A program made the translations under genes and the position numbers. Below the pieces are notes generated by a model that worked only from the letters and a program-made list of their open reading frames with translations, was not told the DNA's origin and made no database searches. Below, piece after piece: positions 49,270 to 62,402 of a DNA stretch of 64,000 bases. Source of the DNA: Hemiscyllium ocellatum. Taxonomy: Eukaryota. Location of the stretch: positions 19,984,341-20,048,340 of the forward strand of contig NC_083409.1 in the NCBI RefSeq assembly GCF_020745735.1, in the 5' to 3' direction. Numbering within the stretch: position 1 is the first letter of the stretch; each line of letters begins with the position of its first letter.

Positions 49270-51460
49270 CTGCTGGTTCCATTCAATGGCAGGCAGGAGG
49301 TTGGAGGAACACAGCAAGCCAGGCAGCATCAGGCGGTGAAGAAGTTGATGTTTTGGGTGTAACCCTTCTTCAGGAATGACGGTGGGTGTAGGCGAAGCTG
49401 CAGATAAAGGGGGTGGCGGGAGCAGGGTGGAGAATGGGGATAGATGAAGACAGGCAGAGGACACGACCTGGTTCGTCAATGGAAGGAATGAATCTGTTTG
49501 GTGGCAGAGAGGAATGAAAGAGATGGGAGGGGCTGGGGAGGGAGTCAGGGGATGGGAAGGGAAGGATTTTGAAATTGGAGAACTCAGTGTTGAATCCTCT
49601 GGGCTATAGATTGCCCAGGCGGAAGATGAGGTATTGTTCCTCCAATTTGTGGTTTGGTTCATTGTGGCAATGGAGGAGGCCAAAGATGGTCATGTTGATT
49701 AGATTAGATTACTTACAGGATGGAAACAGGCCCTTCAGCCCAACAAGTTCACACTGACCTGCCAAAGCACAACCCACCCAGACCCATTCCCCTACATTTA
49801 CCCCTTCGCATAACACTATGGGCAATTTAGCATGGCCAATTCACCTAACCTGCACATTTTTGGACTGTGGGAGGAAACCGGAACACCCGGAGGAAACCCA
49901 CGCAGACAGGGGGAGAATGTGTAAACACCACACAGTCAGTTGCCTGAGGCGGGAATTGAACCCGGAGGAAAGGGAGTGGGAAGGGGAATTAAAATGGGTA
50001 GTGACTGGGAGGTCTGGTCGGCCCCTACAGGCCCAGCTGAGATGCATGACCAACCGCTGCCTAAGTTTATGTTTGGTCTTCCCGATGTAGAGAAGACCAC
50101 ATCGCTGTCACCTGATGCAGTAAACTAGGTTGGAGGAGAGGCAGGTGAACCTCTGTCTCACTGGAAGGACTGTTTGGGGCCCTGGATGGAGGTGCTGGGG
50201 TTGGTGTACCAGCAGGCTTTGCATCCTTTCTGTTTGCAGGGGAAGGTACCTGGGGGTTCAGGAGAGATGGTGGAGAGAGTGGTGCAAACCAAGAATTGTC
50301 AAAGGGAACAGTCCTTGTGGAAGGCAGACAGGGGTAGGGTGAGGAAGACATTCTTGGTGGTGGGGTCTTGTTGGGGTTGGCGGAATAGGATGATGTGTTG
50401 GATACAGAGATCGGTTTGGGTGATAGATGAGGACAATGGGCACTCTGTCTTTATTCTGTTTGGAGGGGGGTGGGTTTAGAGCAGTCGAACGGGAAATGGA
50501 GGTGATGCGATGGATGACAGAGGGAGCAAAAGCATGTTGTTTGAAATAGGTGGACATCTGGAATACTTGGGAGTGGAATGTCTCCTCATCCGAGCAGATA
50601 GAGCAGAGGTGGAGGAATTGGAAGAATAGGATGGAGTTCTTGCAGGATACTGGGTGGGAGAAAGTATAGTCCGGGTAATAATGGGAGTCTGTGAGTTTGC
50701 AGTAAATGTCGATCTGAACACTGTCACCGGAGATGGGAATGGAGAGGTCAGTAAAGGGGAGGGCGGTGTCCGAGGTGGACCAAGTGAATTTGAGGGTAGG
50801 TTGGAAGTTGTGGGCGAAGACGATGAACTGCTCCAGTTCAGCCTGGGTGCAGGTCACTGCACCAATGCAGTCATCGATGTAATGGTAGAAGAGCTGGGGC
50901 ACAGTGCCTGTGTAGGCACTGAAGAGGGACTGTTCAGCATAGCCAAGAAAGGGGCAGGGGGAGCTAGGGCCCATCCAGGTACTCATAGCCACCCCTGGAT
51001 TTAGAGGAACTGGGAGGAGTTAAAGGAAAAGTTGTTGAGGGTGAGGACCAGTTCGGCCAGATGGAGGAGGGTATTGGTGGAGGGGGATGTCACATCAATG
51101 GTCAGCAATGAAGAAATTGTGTGTACACAGCTGGTGGTGGGGGGTGGGGTGGGGGGTGACCAAGTGGAGGAGGAAGGTTGGAGGTGGGAGAAGGGGTCCT
51201 CAGAGGGAGTTTGGGAGTTTTTGTTAAAGAAGAAGACACGGAGGTAGAGGCAGCGGAAGAAGAGCTCCACGTCCTGGTGAGTGCGGGATTTTTTGAAGTG
51301 GGGAATGAATGTGAGCCCTTTTCTCAGGATGAACCTTTTGGCCGCAGAGAGTTTGAGATCGTGGGGGGATAATATTATAAGGGGCAAGGCTTGGGGTGGG
51401 GGACGAGGTTTTCAGGGGGGTCCAAGATGGCTGAAGGAGGGGAGGTGGCAAGGGTGATGG
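49270..51460 (-). mobile_element. Penelope-like element (RT + GIY-YIG), internally deleted, with a SINE inserted at about 49699-49965
   Basis: RT MGPSSPCPFLGYAEQSLF...YHYIDDCIG...HPVSCKNSILFFQF (50258-50992); GIY-YIG remnants at 49960-50350. Confidence 0.9.
49699..49965 (-). mobile_element. HE1-type SINE
   Basis: Reverse complement of the HE1 core and (TCTAA)n tail. Confidence 0.85.
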
Positions 51461-51764
51461 GAATGGGAGAGAATGGGTGTGGGAGAGAAAGGAGATTGGG
51501 GCGGAGGTGGGTTATGGAGTGAGGTGTGGGACTGGGAAGGTGGAGATGAGGTGAAGAGGGAGAAGTGGAGGGATAGGGTGCACTGTGGGGGTGGATGGGT
51601 GAGGAGGGAGAGGGAGTATGCTGGCTGGCTGCAGGTAGGCAGTTGGACTCAGGGGGACTCTGGGAATTGTAGTCTCAGTCTTGGTTGCAGAGTGGGAGGG
51701 GCCAGAAGTGGAGGCAGAGGTTGGAGTGAAGTCAAGGCTGGTTTGGGTGTTTTGACTCCGGTTC

Positions 51765-52045
51765 AATTCCAGCCTCAGGCAACTGTCTGTGTGGACTTAG
51801 CACATTCTCCAAGTGTCTGTGTAGGTTTCCTCTGGGTGCTCTGGTTTCCTCCCACAATCTAAAGATGTGCAGGTTAGGTGAATTGGCCATGCTAAGTTGC
51901 CCATAGTGATCAGGGATGTGGAGGTTAGGCTCATTAGTCAGGGGAAAAGCAGAGTAATAAGATTGGGTCTTGGGAAGGTTACTCTTCCAAGGGTCAGTGT
52001 GGACATGTTGGGCCAAATGGCCTGTTTCCTCATAGTAGGGATTCT
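51765..52045 (+). mobile_element. HE1-type SINE, 5' truncated and diverged
   Basis: GGTTCAATTCCAGCCTCAGGCAACTG...CTCCCACAATCTAAAGATGTGCAGGTTAGG. Confidence 0.8.
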
Positions 52046-53396
52046 ATGACAGTCCATTCCAGATTCCCACCACCCATTGAGTGAAAAAGTTCTTCACCAA
52101 ATCTCATTTGCGGTGTCCATAATGAAACCTTTCAAACCATTCATTTTGTCTAGTGTCATTTAGCTCTTGAGCTCCTTGTTCAATAAATGTTTTATTCTTT
52201 TTGATAAAATATGAGTTCTCTGACAGGGACAGTTAAATTTGTCCAATCAGGGAGCTTTGGCTGACAGATAGAAAGAGGCATGTCAGAAGGACTGATACTC
52301 TGGGACCTGACTCTGAATAACAACCTGCCAACCAACCCCCTCCTTCTGTCACCCTCAATCTCCCCATGCTTACTCTTGTTTCACCTTCGATCCAGCCTGT
52401 GCTGCCTTTGGGAGAGGTTGGCCTTCCCTCCATCACCCAGGAATACGGTCATTATCCCAGAGCAGTCACACTTTTAACCTGAGGGTCATCACAGCTGGGG
52501 CAGGGGGAGAGAAGGTGGCACCTTCATGGTGGTCATACCTGTCATTAATCCACCGCAACCTCTCTTGGGGCTGCAAGAATTCAACCTCCCTCCCTCCCTG
52601 GAAGGTAATATTGCTGCACCTTGTTTTGGGTTAATTAACCACTGAAATATGACTATGGGGAGCCAGCATTGGCTGGGCAGGCAGCCACGATTGACCCTGG
52701 ATTCAGAAAGTCCCCTTGTAATTGGACATCACATTAGGGAGCACAGTCTAGATTAGAGTAGTGCTGGAAAAGCACAGCAGGTCAGGCAGCATCTGATGAG
52801 CAGGAAAATCGACATTTCTGCATTGGGAGCACAGTGCCCACTGCCTCTGAAATCCCTCCCTTACTGAGAATACACTCTCAGTATTCACCTTTCTCAGCTG
52901 CTATCTGAATTTACAATAAATTCTGTGGCCAATGATCCTGCCCCTCCAGCTACCTGATGAAGAAGCTGTGCTCTGAACGCTTCTACTTTCAAATAAACCT
53001 GTTTGACTCTCACCTGGTGTCGTTGGATTTTTTAACTTTGGCCATCTGAATGAGCTGCCATCTCAGACTGAATCAGCAGAACTGTTTTCCATTCATGATT
53101 TGAGAAGATTAAAGCCTAATCTTCAATCCCCAGCACAAAGCCCATTCTGAATCCATCGCTCGGAGACACATACCTCCGAGAGACACCTACAGACAGCACA
53201 GAGTAACACACTCACTCTGTGAGACAGGTAGCACTGAGGAATATGATCACACTCCATGCTGTAGACAGGTGTCCCCGAATGTGGGTGCGTTACTGAACGC
53301 TGCCTGTAGGTGTCTCTCTGAGTAACAAATCCACACTGAGAGGGACCCCTCCAAGCAGCATTAAGTTAAACACTCACACTCAGAGAGGCACACATT

Positions 53397-53621
53397 CTAG
53401 ATTAGAGTGGTGCTGGAAAAGCACATTGGTTCAGGCAGCATCTGAAAATCAACGTTTCAGGCAAAAGCCCTTCATCAAGAATAAAGCTCTATTCCTGATG
53501 AAGGGCTTTTGCCCGAAATGTCGATTTTCTTGCTCCTCAGATGCTGCCTGAACTGCTGTGCTTTTCCAGTACCACTCGAATCTAGAATCTGGTTTCCAGC
53601 ATCTGCAGTCCTTGTTTTTAC
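53397..53621. mobile_element. Fold-back Penelope-derived short element with hammerhead cores on both strands
   Basis: Inverted arms; + strand core CTGATGA-A-GGGC-TTTT-GCCC-GAAA-TGTC at 53495-53522; TSD-like CTCAGAGAG(G/A)CACA at 53379-92 and 53622-35. Confidence 0.85.
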
Positions 53622-53988
53622 CTCAGAGAGACACAGCTGACAATGTCAGTGATTGGCCGAAGATTGTTTCAGCAGCTACCCAAGATGCAGTAGAGATTGC
53701 ACTGTGCGATCCCATCAGCTGGGCCTGGACCAACAGAGTGAAGAGGGAATGCATCAGATTGTACTTATTGAGTCCTAACAGCTTTCAGTTTCTGTTCTTT
53801 TTGGAATCTTGTAATCTACATAAATTCCTGACCAAAGGGATCATATAAAAATGATTAATGATTGTAATTGATTGACAGGCCAACCAGCCAATCTTGACAA
53901 TGACCTGTTGAAATGCAGCCAATCAACTGAGGGGCGGGGAAGGTCATCTATTTCCAAAGCACACAGAGACAGAGACTGAATCTTCATC

Positions 53989-53994
53989 TTTATT
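53989..53994 (-). terminator. Candidate polyadenylation signal of the Ig light-chain C gene
   Basis: AATAAA on the minus strand about 530 bp after the stop codon; the first canonical hexamer I found downstream. Confidence 0.45.
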
Positions 53995-54521
53995 CCCTTT
54001 TCCACATTCACATTGACAGAAAATAAAACCCTGCAATTAACAGCCCAGACAGAGGAAGCTGCACAAATTCACAGCCACAATGGAGTTTGAGGAAAACACT
54101 TGTGGAGATTTGCTCAATAACATGAGAATCCTGTCCCTTTAAACAGTGACAAAACCTTAAATTGGAACTGACAGCTAAGCAGGAAGGAGATCTGGTTTAC
54201 TGAAGCAGAGACTTCTGAGGTTCACATTGTTTTGTACAGCTGACAGTCTTCAGCAACTTCAAAAGATTTTACTTGGCATCACAAGTCAACTCTGTCCCAC
54301 CAAGGACTCCCAGAACAGGGACAGCATGGGGTTTGACACAGTGTAAAGCTCCGTCGACACTGTCGCAGTGATCTGCTTTTACATCCAAACCCCAGAAGGT
54401 TCTCTGAGCAGCCCTGAGAAGGAAGAGAGTTGAAATTCAGTGCTGACAACGACCTTTGTCCTGCCTGCTCAGCCCTGTTCTATTTAAAGTTGTGTCTCCT
54501 CTGTGGACTGTCTCCAACACT

Positions 54522-54850
54522 CTACACACATTCTGATTTACTGATGCCCTTGCTGAGGGGAGAGGGGAGGGTCACATGGGTGAGAGCGCAGGAGAAGCGA
54601 GCGTCGGACTCCCAGTCAGACCCAGAGAGGGTCAGCAGGCTGCTGACACTGTAGGTGCTGTCCGAAGCTCGCAGGTAGTTGCTGGTCTGAACCCCGTCCG
54701 AAATGACTGCACCGTCCTTCTTCCACTGCACCTCCAGCTCATCGGGATAGAAGTGATTGGCAAGGCACACCAGGGTGGCAGTGCCCTTGTCATTGACCTG
54801 TTCCGGGGAGGGGGGAAGCAAGGTCAGCTTGGGCTGAGAGTTCTCACGGC
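54522..54850 (-). CDS. IGKC: Immunoglobulin light-chain constant exon, kappa (shark NS4/type III-like), intact
   Basis: Acceptor gtttctcttgtctttcAG|GC; RENSQPKLTLLPPSPEQVNDKGTATLVCLANHFYPDELEVQWKKDGAVISDGVQTSNYLRASDSTYSVSSLLTLSGSDWESDARFSCALTHVTLPSPLSKGISKSECV*; both Ig-fold Cys, the conserved Trp and the penultimate inter-chain Cys are present; closely resembles recalled nurse shark NS4 C. Confidence 0.93.
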
Positions 54851-56815
54851 CTGAAAGACAAGAGAAACAATTTTCATCCCTGCCATTTGAAGGGAATTCA
54901 ACCCTCACAATATTCACTGGCAATACAATCTTTTTGAACATTTGTAGTCAATACCTAACAAACCAGACAAAAGAACAGACACTGTTCAAATTGCTTCTTG
55001 GGATCTGAGTGTCACTGGCAGGGCCAACATTCATTACCGTCCCTAGTTGCCCCTGAGAAGGTGATGGTGAAGCAGCAGAGAGAGAAGGGACAATTTTGGA
55101 CCATCGGTTATGGAATGAATGTGGGCATCTGGAAGGGCTATTGATGGGGATCATTTTAGTGACAGTGATGAGAACTCAGGGAGATTGAGAGTAGGGATGG
55201 AAATGGAGAACCATGGAGCAAGTGTAAAAGTTTTCATTTTACTAAACTGTGCGGTGCTTTGGTAAAAGTGGATCAGAACCAATGACATGATGGGAAATCA
55301 GTGTCAGGGCAGTGGGATCCCTCGAAGGATGAGATAGAGATCGTTCAGAATCTGTTCCCACAATGAGTAAGGGTGGGACTCCCAGATCTAGACCAAATGA
55401 ACAAGAGGATTGGGGTTCACGTACTGACGTGGATTGGGAACTGCTTGGCAGGCAGCACAGAAAGAATGAGTCTTTTTCTGAATGGCAGGTAATTACAACT
55501 TAGGGTGCCACAGGGGTCAGCCCTTGGTACCCAGTTATTCATAATATATAATAATAGGGTCATAGGGACCCAAAAGGCCCATTAGCCCATTGTGTCCATA
55601 CTGGTCAAAAAACAACAACCCAATAATTGTCATCTATTTTTCCAGCAAAAGGGAATTAGATGCAATGTGTATTTAAGAAGGAATTAGATATAGTTCTTAG
55701 GATTAAAGGGATCAAAGAATATGGGGAGAAAGTAGGAACAGGGGACTGTGTTGGATGAACAGCCATGATCATATTGAATGGTGGAGAAGGGTTGAAGGGC
55801 CGAATGGCCTACTGCTGCTCCTGTGTTTGATGTTTCTATCTGTATCGCAGATAATGAAGGAATGTCTCTCATCAATTGAAGCCGGAAGTCAGATGTGTGT
55901 GGAGGTGGAAAATGTGGCCATGGTGACTAATGAATGCAGGTCAGTGAGGTGGTTCAGAAGACACATGGGAGAAACTGTTTTACTTTTTCCCTTGATGGAA
56001 TGAGGGCATTGCTGGATCAGCAGCATTTATTGTCCATTCCTAATTACCCAGAGGGCAGTTTAGAGTCACCCACATTGCTGTGGGTCTGGGGTCACATGGT
56101 AAGGATGGCAGTTTCCTTCCCTAAAGGACATAAGGGAATCAGATGCTTTTTCCTGACAATCAATGATGGTTTCATGGTCATCATTAGTCTCTTAATTGCA
56201 GATTTTTTTTTGATTGAAATTGAATGCCACCATCTACTGGATTCTAACCCTGGTCCCCAGAACATTACCTGGATCTCTGGATTAACAGCTCAGCAATAAC
56301 ACCATTAGACCATCACCTCCCTTATCTCATTTTTGGTTGACTGTGAAAGCAAGGAGTTTGTTTATTCTGGAACCGTATAAAACCCCAGTTAGAGCACAGT
56401 GAGAGAACTGTGTACGGTTCTGGTCACCACATTACAGGAAGGATGTGATCCCTCGAGAGACCTGGACAGAGGAAGAGTTTGTGTGGAATGGGGACTTTGA
56501 GCTTTGAGGAATGGTTGGATTGGCTGGGAGTGTTTTCATTGGAACAGAGGTGGCTGAGGGGAGATTTGATGGTGGTGTGTAAAATGATGAGGGGCCTGGA
56601 CAGAGTGGGTAGGAAGGACTGATTTCCACCAGCACAGAGGGCAATAACCCTGGGGAGAGATTGGAATCAGTTGGTTGCAGGATTAGAGGGGAGTTGAGGG
56701 TAATTGTTTTCACCCAGAGACTGGTGGGATGTGGGACTCACTGTCTGAAAGAGTGCTTTTCAAGTAATAATGGAGATTCACAAGGAAGCACAATTTAAAA
56801 CAATGGAACAATTTA

Positions 56816-56975
56816 CAGAGGAACCTCGATTACCTGAGCGACATGGGTAAGGAGTGTTTTGTTTGGATAATTGAAATCCGGGTAATACAGTTTAGCCAAA
56901 CATTGGGATCTTACAATGTAGTTCGGATGATCCGAAATTCAGATAATCAAATGCCAGATAATCGAGGCTCCTCTG
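56816..56975. mobile_element. Tigger-like MITE (about 160 bp)
   Basis: TIRs CAGAGGAACCTCGATTA / TAATCGAGGCTCCTCTG; TA on the left, CA on the right. Confidence 0.8.
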
Positions 56976-58719
56976 CATGTAGGTTAATCAAATATCCTAT
57001 ACATCAAAGAAGTTTAATATTTTAAACAATTAGATCTGATACTCTGCTTGGTCTTTTGCTGTTCTCTGTCAATTGAGGCCTTCAGGGCAATGAATAAAAT
57101 TTATTGACATGAGAATGTGTGGAAGGGTTGATAATTCAGGAAATTAGTTGGTTCTGAATTGATTTAGACAAATAAAGAGGATCAGAATGGAAGCAATATG
57201 ATATAATATAATGTGCAGACTACACCCAAAGGGTATTTCATCACGACTGTGCCACTTATTTTAAGAGCAGGAAAGTGCAGTCACTGACCAGATAGCAGTT
57301 GTGTAGCCTGAGACAGTAGATTGTGGGTTCAAATCCCACCAGAGACTTGAGCAGATAATCCAGGTACTCCAGGTAGTTCTTCCATAACACAATGGTTGCA
57401 TTGCTGTCCAAACCCCATGATATAGAAAAAAATCACATTTTAGAAACAGCACTTAAAGTCTTCGTGATGTAATCGGCCAACACATGTTTCAAAGTTAGTG
57501 CTTTAGAAACAGTGTTCCCAATTTGTCAATCATATTATAGCAAATTTGTGTTAATAAAATGCACATTATAGCAGAATGACCTGTACAGTACTGAGGGTGT
57601 ACTGCACTGTTTTGAAGTTGGTGTCCTTCAGATGAGACGGATGCAGAAGACCTCAGCATTCTGGTCAATGTTTATTTCAACAGAATATTCTATTCAACAA
57701 TTTGCTATTTTAATAAATCTAATATTCTCAAATTGTATTTTGCATTTGGTATTTCATAAACTACAAAGTGTTTCACTGGCTGTAAGCCACATAAAGAATG
57801 TCCCATGATTGTAAAAAGTGCCTTTAAAACAAGTTTTCTTTTCTTTTCTGAAGTTGCACAGATCAATACCAGACAACAGACACAGGCCCTGTTGTACGAT
57901 TACACACAACACTGTGAGATTGTTGCACACCACCGAGCTGAAGTGTTCTGCAACTGATCAATCTCCAAGCTGTAGGGAACGGGTTCAACTTAGTCAGAAA
58001 AGGTAAGAAAATCCATCCAGTGATTCTCCTTTGCCAAGTGCACTCCTGTGGGATGGATCAGCCCTCTGATTCCTTCTCTAATTTGCCTGGCAACACATGA
58101 TAAAGGCTCAGAAACAAAAAGTGATTATTTGGCCAAATTCTCAGTCAGAATATGGAGAACAGGGAAGAAAATTGAGAAAATAAATTTCCATTCCAAGAGA
58201 AAGAAATTGAGATCGGGTCAACACCTTACAGGAATAATCATCTTTCTACATTAAAAAGGTTATGATGGCACATTTCATTTTCTAGACACTTCTGGGTTCA
58301 GATACAGTCTGACATTTTCAAACACTAACCCTGCCAACTTGAAAACTTCAAAGATATTTCTGACACTACAAATGAGTCAGCACCTTAGGCACATCACCTC
58401 CACACACGCTCTCTGACTTGCTCCTTCATCACTGGTAGCTCTATTTAATCCCAAATCACCTACCACCATCACAAGGGCCACAGCTGTTCAAAAAGATGGC
58501 CCATCTTATCGGGATGACTGCCTGTTAAGTGAAACCGTGCCAAAACTGCACATGTCTGAGAACTCTAAATACTGCAACAGAATGAGAAACCAGTAGACTG
58601 CTGAGACTGAAATTTACATCAGTTGACAGGAAGAAGCTGAAGAAAACCAGAGGCGAAACACCATCAGTACACTACAACCAAAAGATACTCCACTCCACAC
58701 ATTGCCGAATTTCTACAGA

Positions 58720-58987
58720 GTTATAAAACATACGACACCAGGTTGTAGTCCAACAAGTTTACTTGGAAGTACTGTACTAGCTTTCAGAGTGCTGCTCCTT
58801 CATCAGCTAGCTGCAGACCAGGATCATAACATCCTGTGTCTTATGATCCTGCTTGACAATGACCTGATGAAGGAGAAGCACTCTGAAAGCTAGTACTGTA
58901 CTTGCAAGTAAACCTGCTGGACTACAACCTGGTGTTGTGTGATTTTTAACTTTGTCCACCCCAGTCCAATACCAGCACCTCCACATT
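58720..58987. mobile_element. Fold-back Penelope-derived short element, second family, with hammerhead cores on both arms
   Basis: 58720-58950 forms a long imperfect hairpin with an inner CAGGATCATAA/TTATGATCCTG stem; CTGATGA-A-GGAG..CTCT-GAAA-GCTA on each strand. Confidence 0.85.
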
Positions 58988-60148
58988 ATAAATTTCATTC
59001 GATGCTAGGACAAAAACCATAACCCTTACTTAAGTCTCGGAACAAAGATGACATCTTTGGAAACTTCCAGAAATATCTGATATAAACATCACTTAAAAGA
59101 ATCTTGACCTAATATACACAAGAGTGTTGATTCAATGCAAAGTTGACAAATCTAGTTTGGGAAAATGAAAAACATCATAGAGAATTTTAAATTTCTTTCA
59201 TTTGCTATGATTCCATTTTTACAAATAGTTATTCCCATCTATTTGAATAAACATTCAAACACATGGATGAAGATTCTAAAAGACCAAGCACGCTGCCAGG
59301 GAGCCTCAATAAATGCTGAAACCCTCCATGAGAGTCCATGTAAATACCAAATACCAACACATTCTCAGGGACATTTTTAAAATGCTGACACCCCAGCAAC
59401 ACTGAAAACATTCCAGAAAACAGATAGGAAATAATAAACTTCCCAAAACGTATCCCATGAATACTAAACACACCCATATGCCCCTGGCAATACCAAACAC
59501 TTTCCCAGGGTCACCACTTTGAAAACTCTGCCATCCCTTATGTAAGAACACCTGTCTTCCCCACCCGTTCTGGTCTCCATATGTCTCCAAGCCCACAGCA
59601 ACATGGTTGGCTCTTCAGTCTGAAGTAGCCAAGTAAGCCACCTAGTTCTTCCATAAACTGCTGGGGAAGGTAAATAATAAAACCTAACACACCATGTAAT
59701 AACAATCAAAGAACCAGAAATAACAGCGATATATCCATCCCAGACAACTCTGCAAAGTTCTCCTTACTCATATTCAGGGATTGTGTCTAATTGCCCCACA
59801 GAACACTCAAGATTCAGCCTGACATAGTCACACCCAATTTACAGCCAATGTTGCACACTCCTCCTTAGCAGGACAGACTCAGCAGAGGTAGTGGCAGTAT
59901 CATACAATTGGGAGTGAGTTGCTCTGGGAGACTTCAATATTGACTTCAGATTCCATAAGGTCTGAGGGCATCAGGTCAACCATGGACAACTTCCTGCTGA
60001 TTCCCGCCACCCCCTAACTGGTGAATCAGTATTCCATGTTGAGGAAGTGGTGAGGATGGCAAGGGCTCAGAATGTACTCTAAGTATATGACTTCAGTTTT
60101 CATCTCCAAAAATACTTCCATAGCAGCACTAATGGCCAGGTTGGTGCA

Positions 60149-60472
60149 GGGCGGCACGGTGGCACAGTGGTTAGCACTGCTGCCTCACAGCGCCTGAAGA
60201 CCCGGGTTCAATTCCCGACTCAGGCGACTGACTGTGTGGAGTTTGCACATTCTCCCCGTGTCTGCGTGGGTTTCCTCCGGGTACTCCGGTTTCCTCCCAC
60301 AGTCCAAAGATGTGCGGGTCAGGTGAATTGGCCATGCTAAATTGCCCGTAGTGTTAGGTAAGGGGTAAATATAAGGGTATGGGTATGGGTGGGTTGCGCT
60401 TCGGTGGGTCGGTGTGGACTTGTTGGGCCGAAGGGCCTGTTTCCACACTGTAAGTAATCTAATCTAATCTAA
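60149..60472 (+). mobile_element. HE1-type V-SINE, full length
   Basis: A/B boxes, core and (TCTAA)n tail; nearly identical to 28234-28543. Confidence 0.93.
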
Positions 60473-62402
60473 ATTTGGTAGATTTGGTCTGCAGCACATA
60501 GTAACAAAACCAATGGGGAAAATAACCAACTTAACTCCATCCTTCTCTGATACTTATGAAGGGATAAGAGGACACTGCAATAGCAATAAGGCTTGAAAAC
60601 ATATTAACTATACGATTGGTGGTTTGTGCTCCAGAATGAGTCATATCTCTTGGCAATCTGTTTAAATGCAGCAACAACACTGACAACTACTAACAATGTG
60701 TAAATTTACCCAGGTTAATCCTGCCCTCAAAATGGAGGAATGTCCAAAGTATTCAAACGTTGCTCCATCTGTCTCTGCTTAACCTTCAGCAAAATGGTTG
60801 ATCATCATTAACAATGCAATGAAGAAATACATTCCCCAATAAAACGGTGACTGATGCCCAGTTTGGCTTCTGTCAGGGCCATTCAGCTCCAATCCTCATT
60901 ACATCCAATAATTGGGCTGACATTACGGGAGCTTTTGGTGAAGTATGATATCAAGGAGTGTTAGAAAAATTGAAACCAATGGAATTAGGAAATAGTTGTG
61001 CCTGTTGCAGGTTCAAACACCTCAGTCCCAGGGCATTGTCCTAGATCCAATCATCTTCAGAGTCCTTTTCTCCATAAGGTCTGAAATGGGGATGCTTCAT
61101 GACTCACACTGTTGAATCCCATTCATAATTCCTCAGCTGTATTCCAAGTCACTATCAGTAAAACCTGAACAACATTCTAGAAGTCTTGGGCTGATAGGTT
61201 AGAAATAACATTGGTGACAAACAGTGCCAGACAATGACCAAAACATAGGATCCAGTCATCTCCCCTCATCATTCACGACATTACCATCGTTGAATCCCAC
61301 TAACAGTATCCTGGAGGATGTCACCATTTACCAGAAATGGAACTGGATTAGCCAAATAAACAAGGTTTACAGGAGGCTGTGAACTCTGTGCGAAGTAATT
61401 TACCTCCTGACTCGGCAAAGTCTGATGCAAAAAGTACAAGTCAGGATGCTTCAGAAGGAATTAATTCTGCTTTCTCTCCACAGATGCTGCCAGACCTGCT
61501 AGAGTTTAAGAAATTTCTGTTTTGTTTCCACATCAGGATGTCTGGATGAATGCAGCTTGGGGAAGAAGGCACTAAGTACAGTAAATCCCTCTGTCACACT
61601 GACAACTCAATGCTCTTCCAATTACATAGCTCTTCTTTGAGGTTTTCCCCTGTTTGGTTGAAAATTGAAAAAAAAAATTCTAATAATAGTTTTGTCTCAC
61701 TGAGAAAGCTTCAGTCCAACCTACATCCTACAATCTGCTCTGAAAACTCTGCTCACATTTTGATAAAGTGCAACGCAGTTGCTGAAATATTCCACAACAA
61801 AAGTAACACACACAATATTCTTAAACAATGAATTCACTATTTTCCATGTTGACAGATCCATTAAAATTCCAGATACAAATTCAGATCATTGCCAAGAAGT
61901 CCAGTCCTTCCTTGGGCCAAAATATATTGTCTACTACATTTTGTTGAAACAAATGTGATTGTTTTTGAGATGTATTGCCTGCCGAAAAACAGGAATTATT
62001 ACAAAAAATATTTCAAGAAGTTGAAATCAAGGACAATGTAGCACCCAATGGCACCCAATATAAGCCTTTTATATTCCTCAGTCACTGTTGCACAATGCCA
62101 GCAGTTCAGCAACCTATCAAGGCTTGTGTCTCAACACTATCCAAACTCCTGACCTCCACCTATGAAAGCAAAGATAACAAGTACATTGGAGCTCCCCTCC
62201 AAACCATGTACCACCAAAATTTGAAATTATAAAGACATTCCTTCACTGTCATTTGGTCAAACATCTGCAAAGTTCACCCTAACTGCAATTCAAAACTCAC
62301 CACATTACGAAACACAATCAATGAAGAGTAATAAATGCTGTTATGCTTGCAATACTTGTGTCATGAATGACCAAAAAATAATAAGACATAGAATAAACAG
62401 AC

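Noticed and set aside
56395-56433. Heptamer CACAGTG
   Set aside because: Lies inside a CR1 fragment; no nonamer.
57889-57916. Heptamer CACTGTG at 57910-57916
   Set aside because: No acceptable nonamer at either spacing and no V- or J-like coding flank.
58980-59018. Perfect RSS nonamer ACAAAAACC at 59010-59018
   Set aside because: No CACAGTG heptamer at 12 or 23 bp spacing, and the adjacent sequence is a Penelope-derived repeat rather than a J segment.
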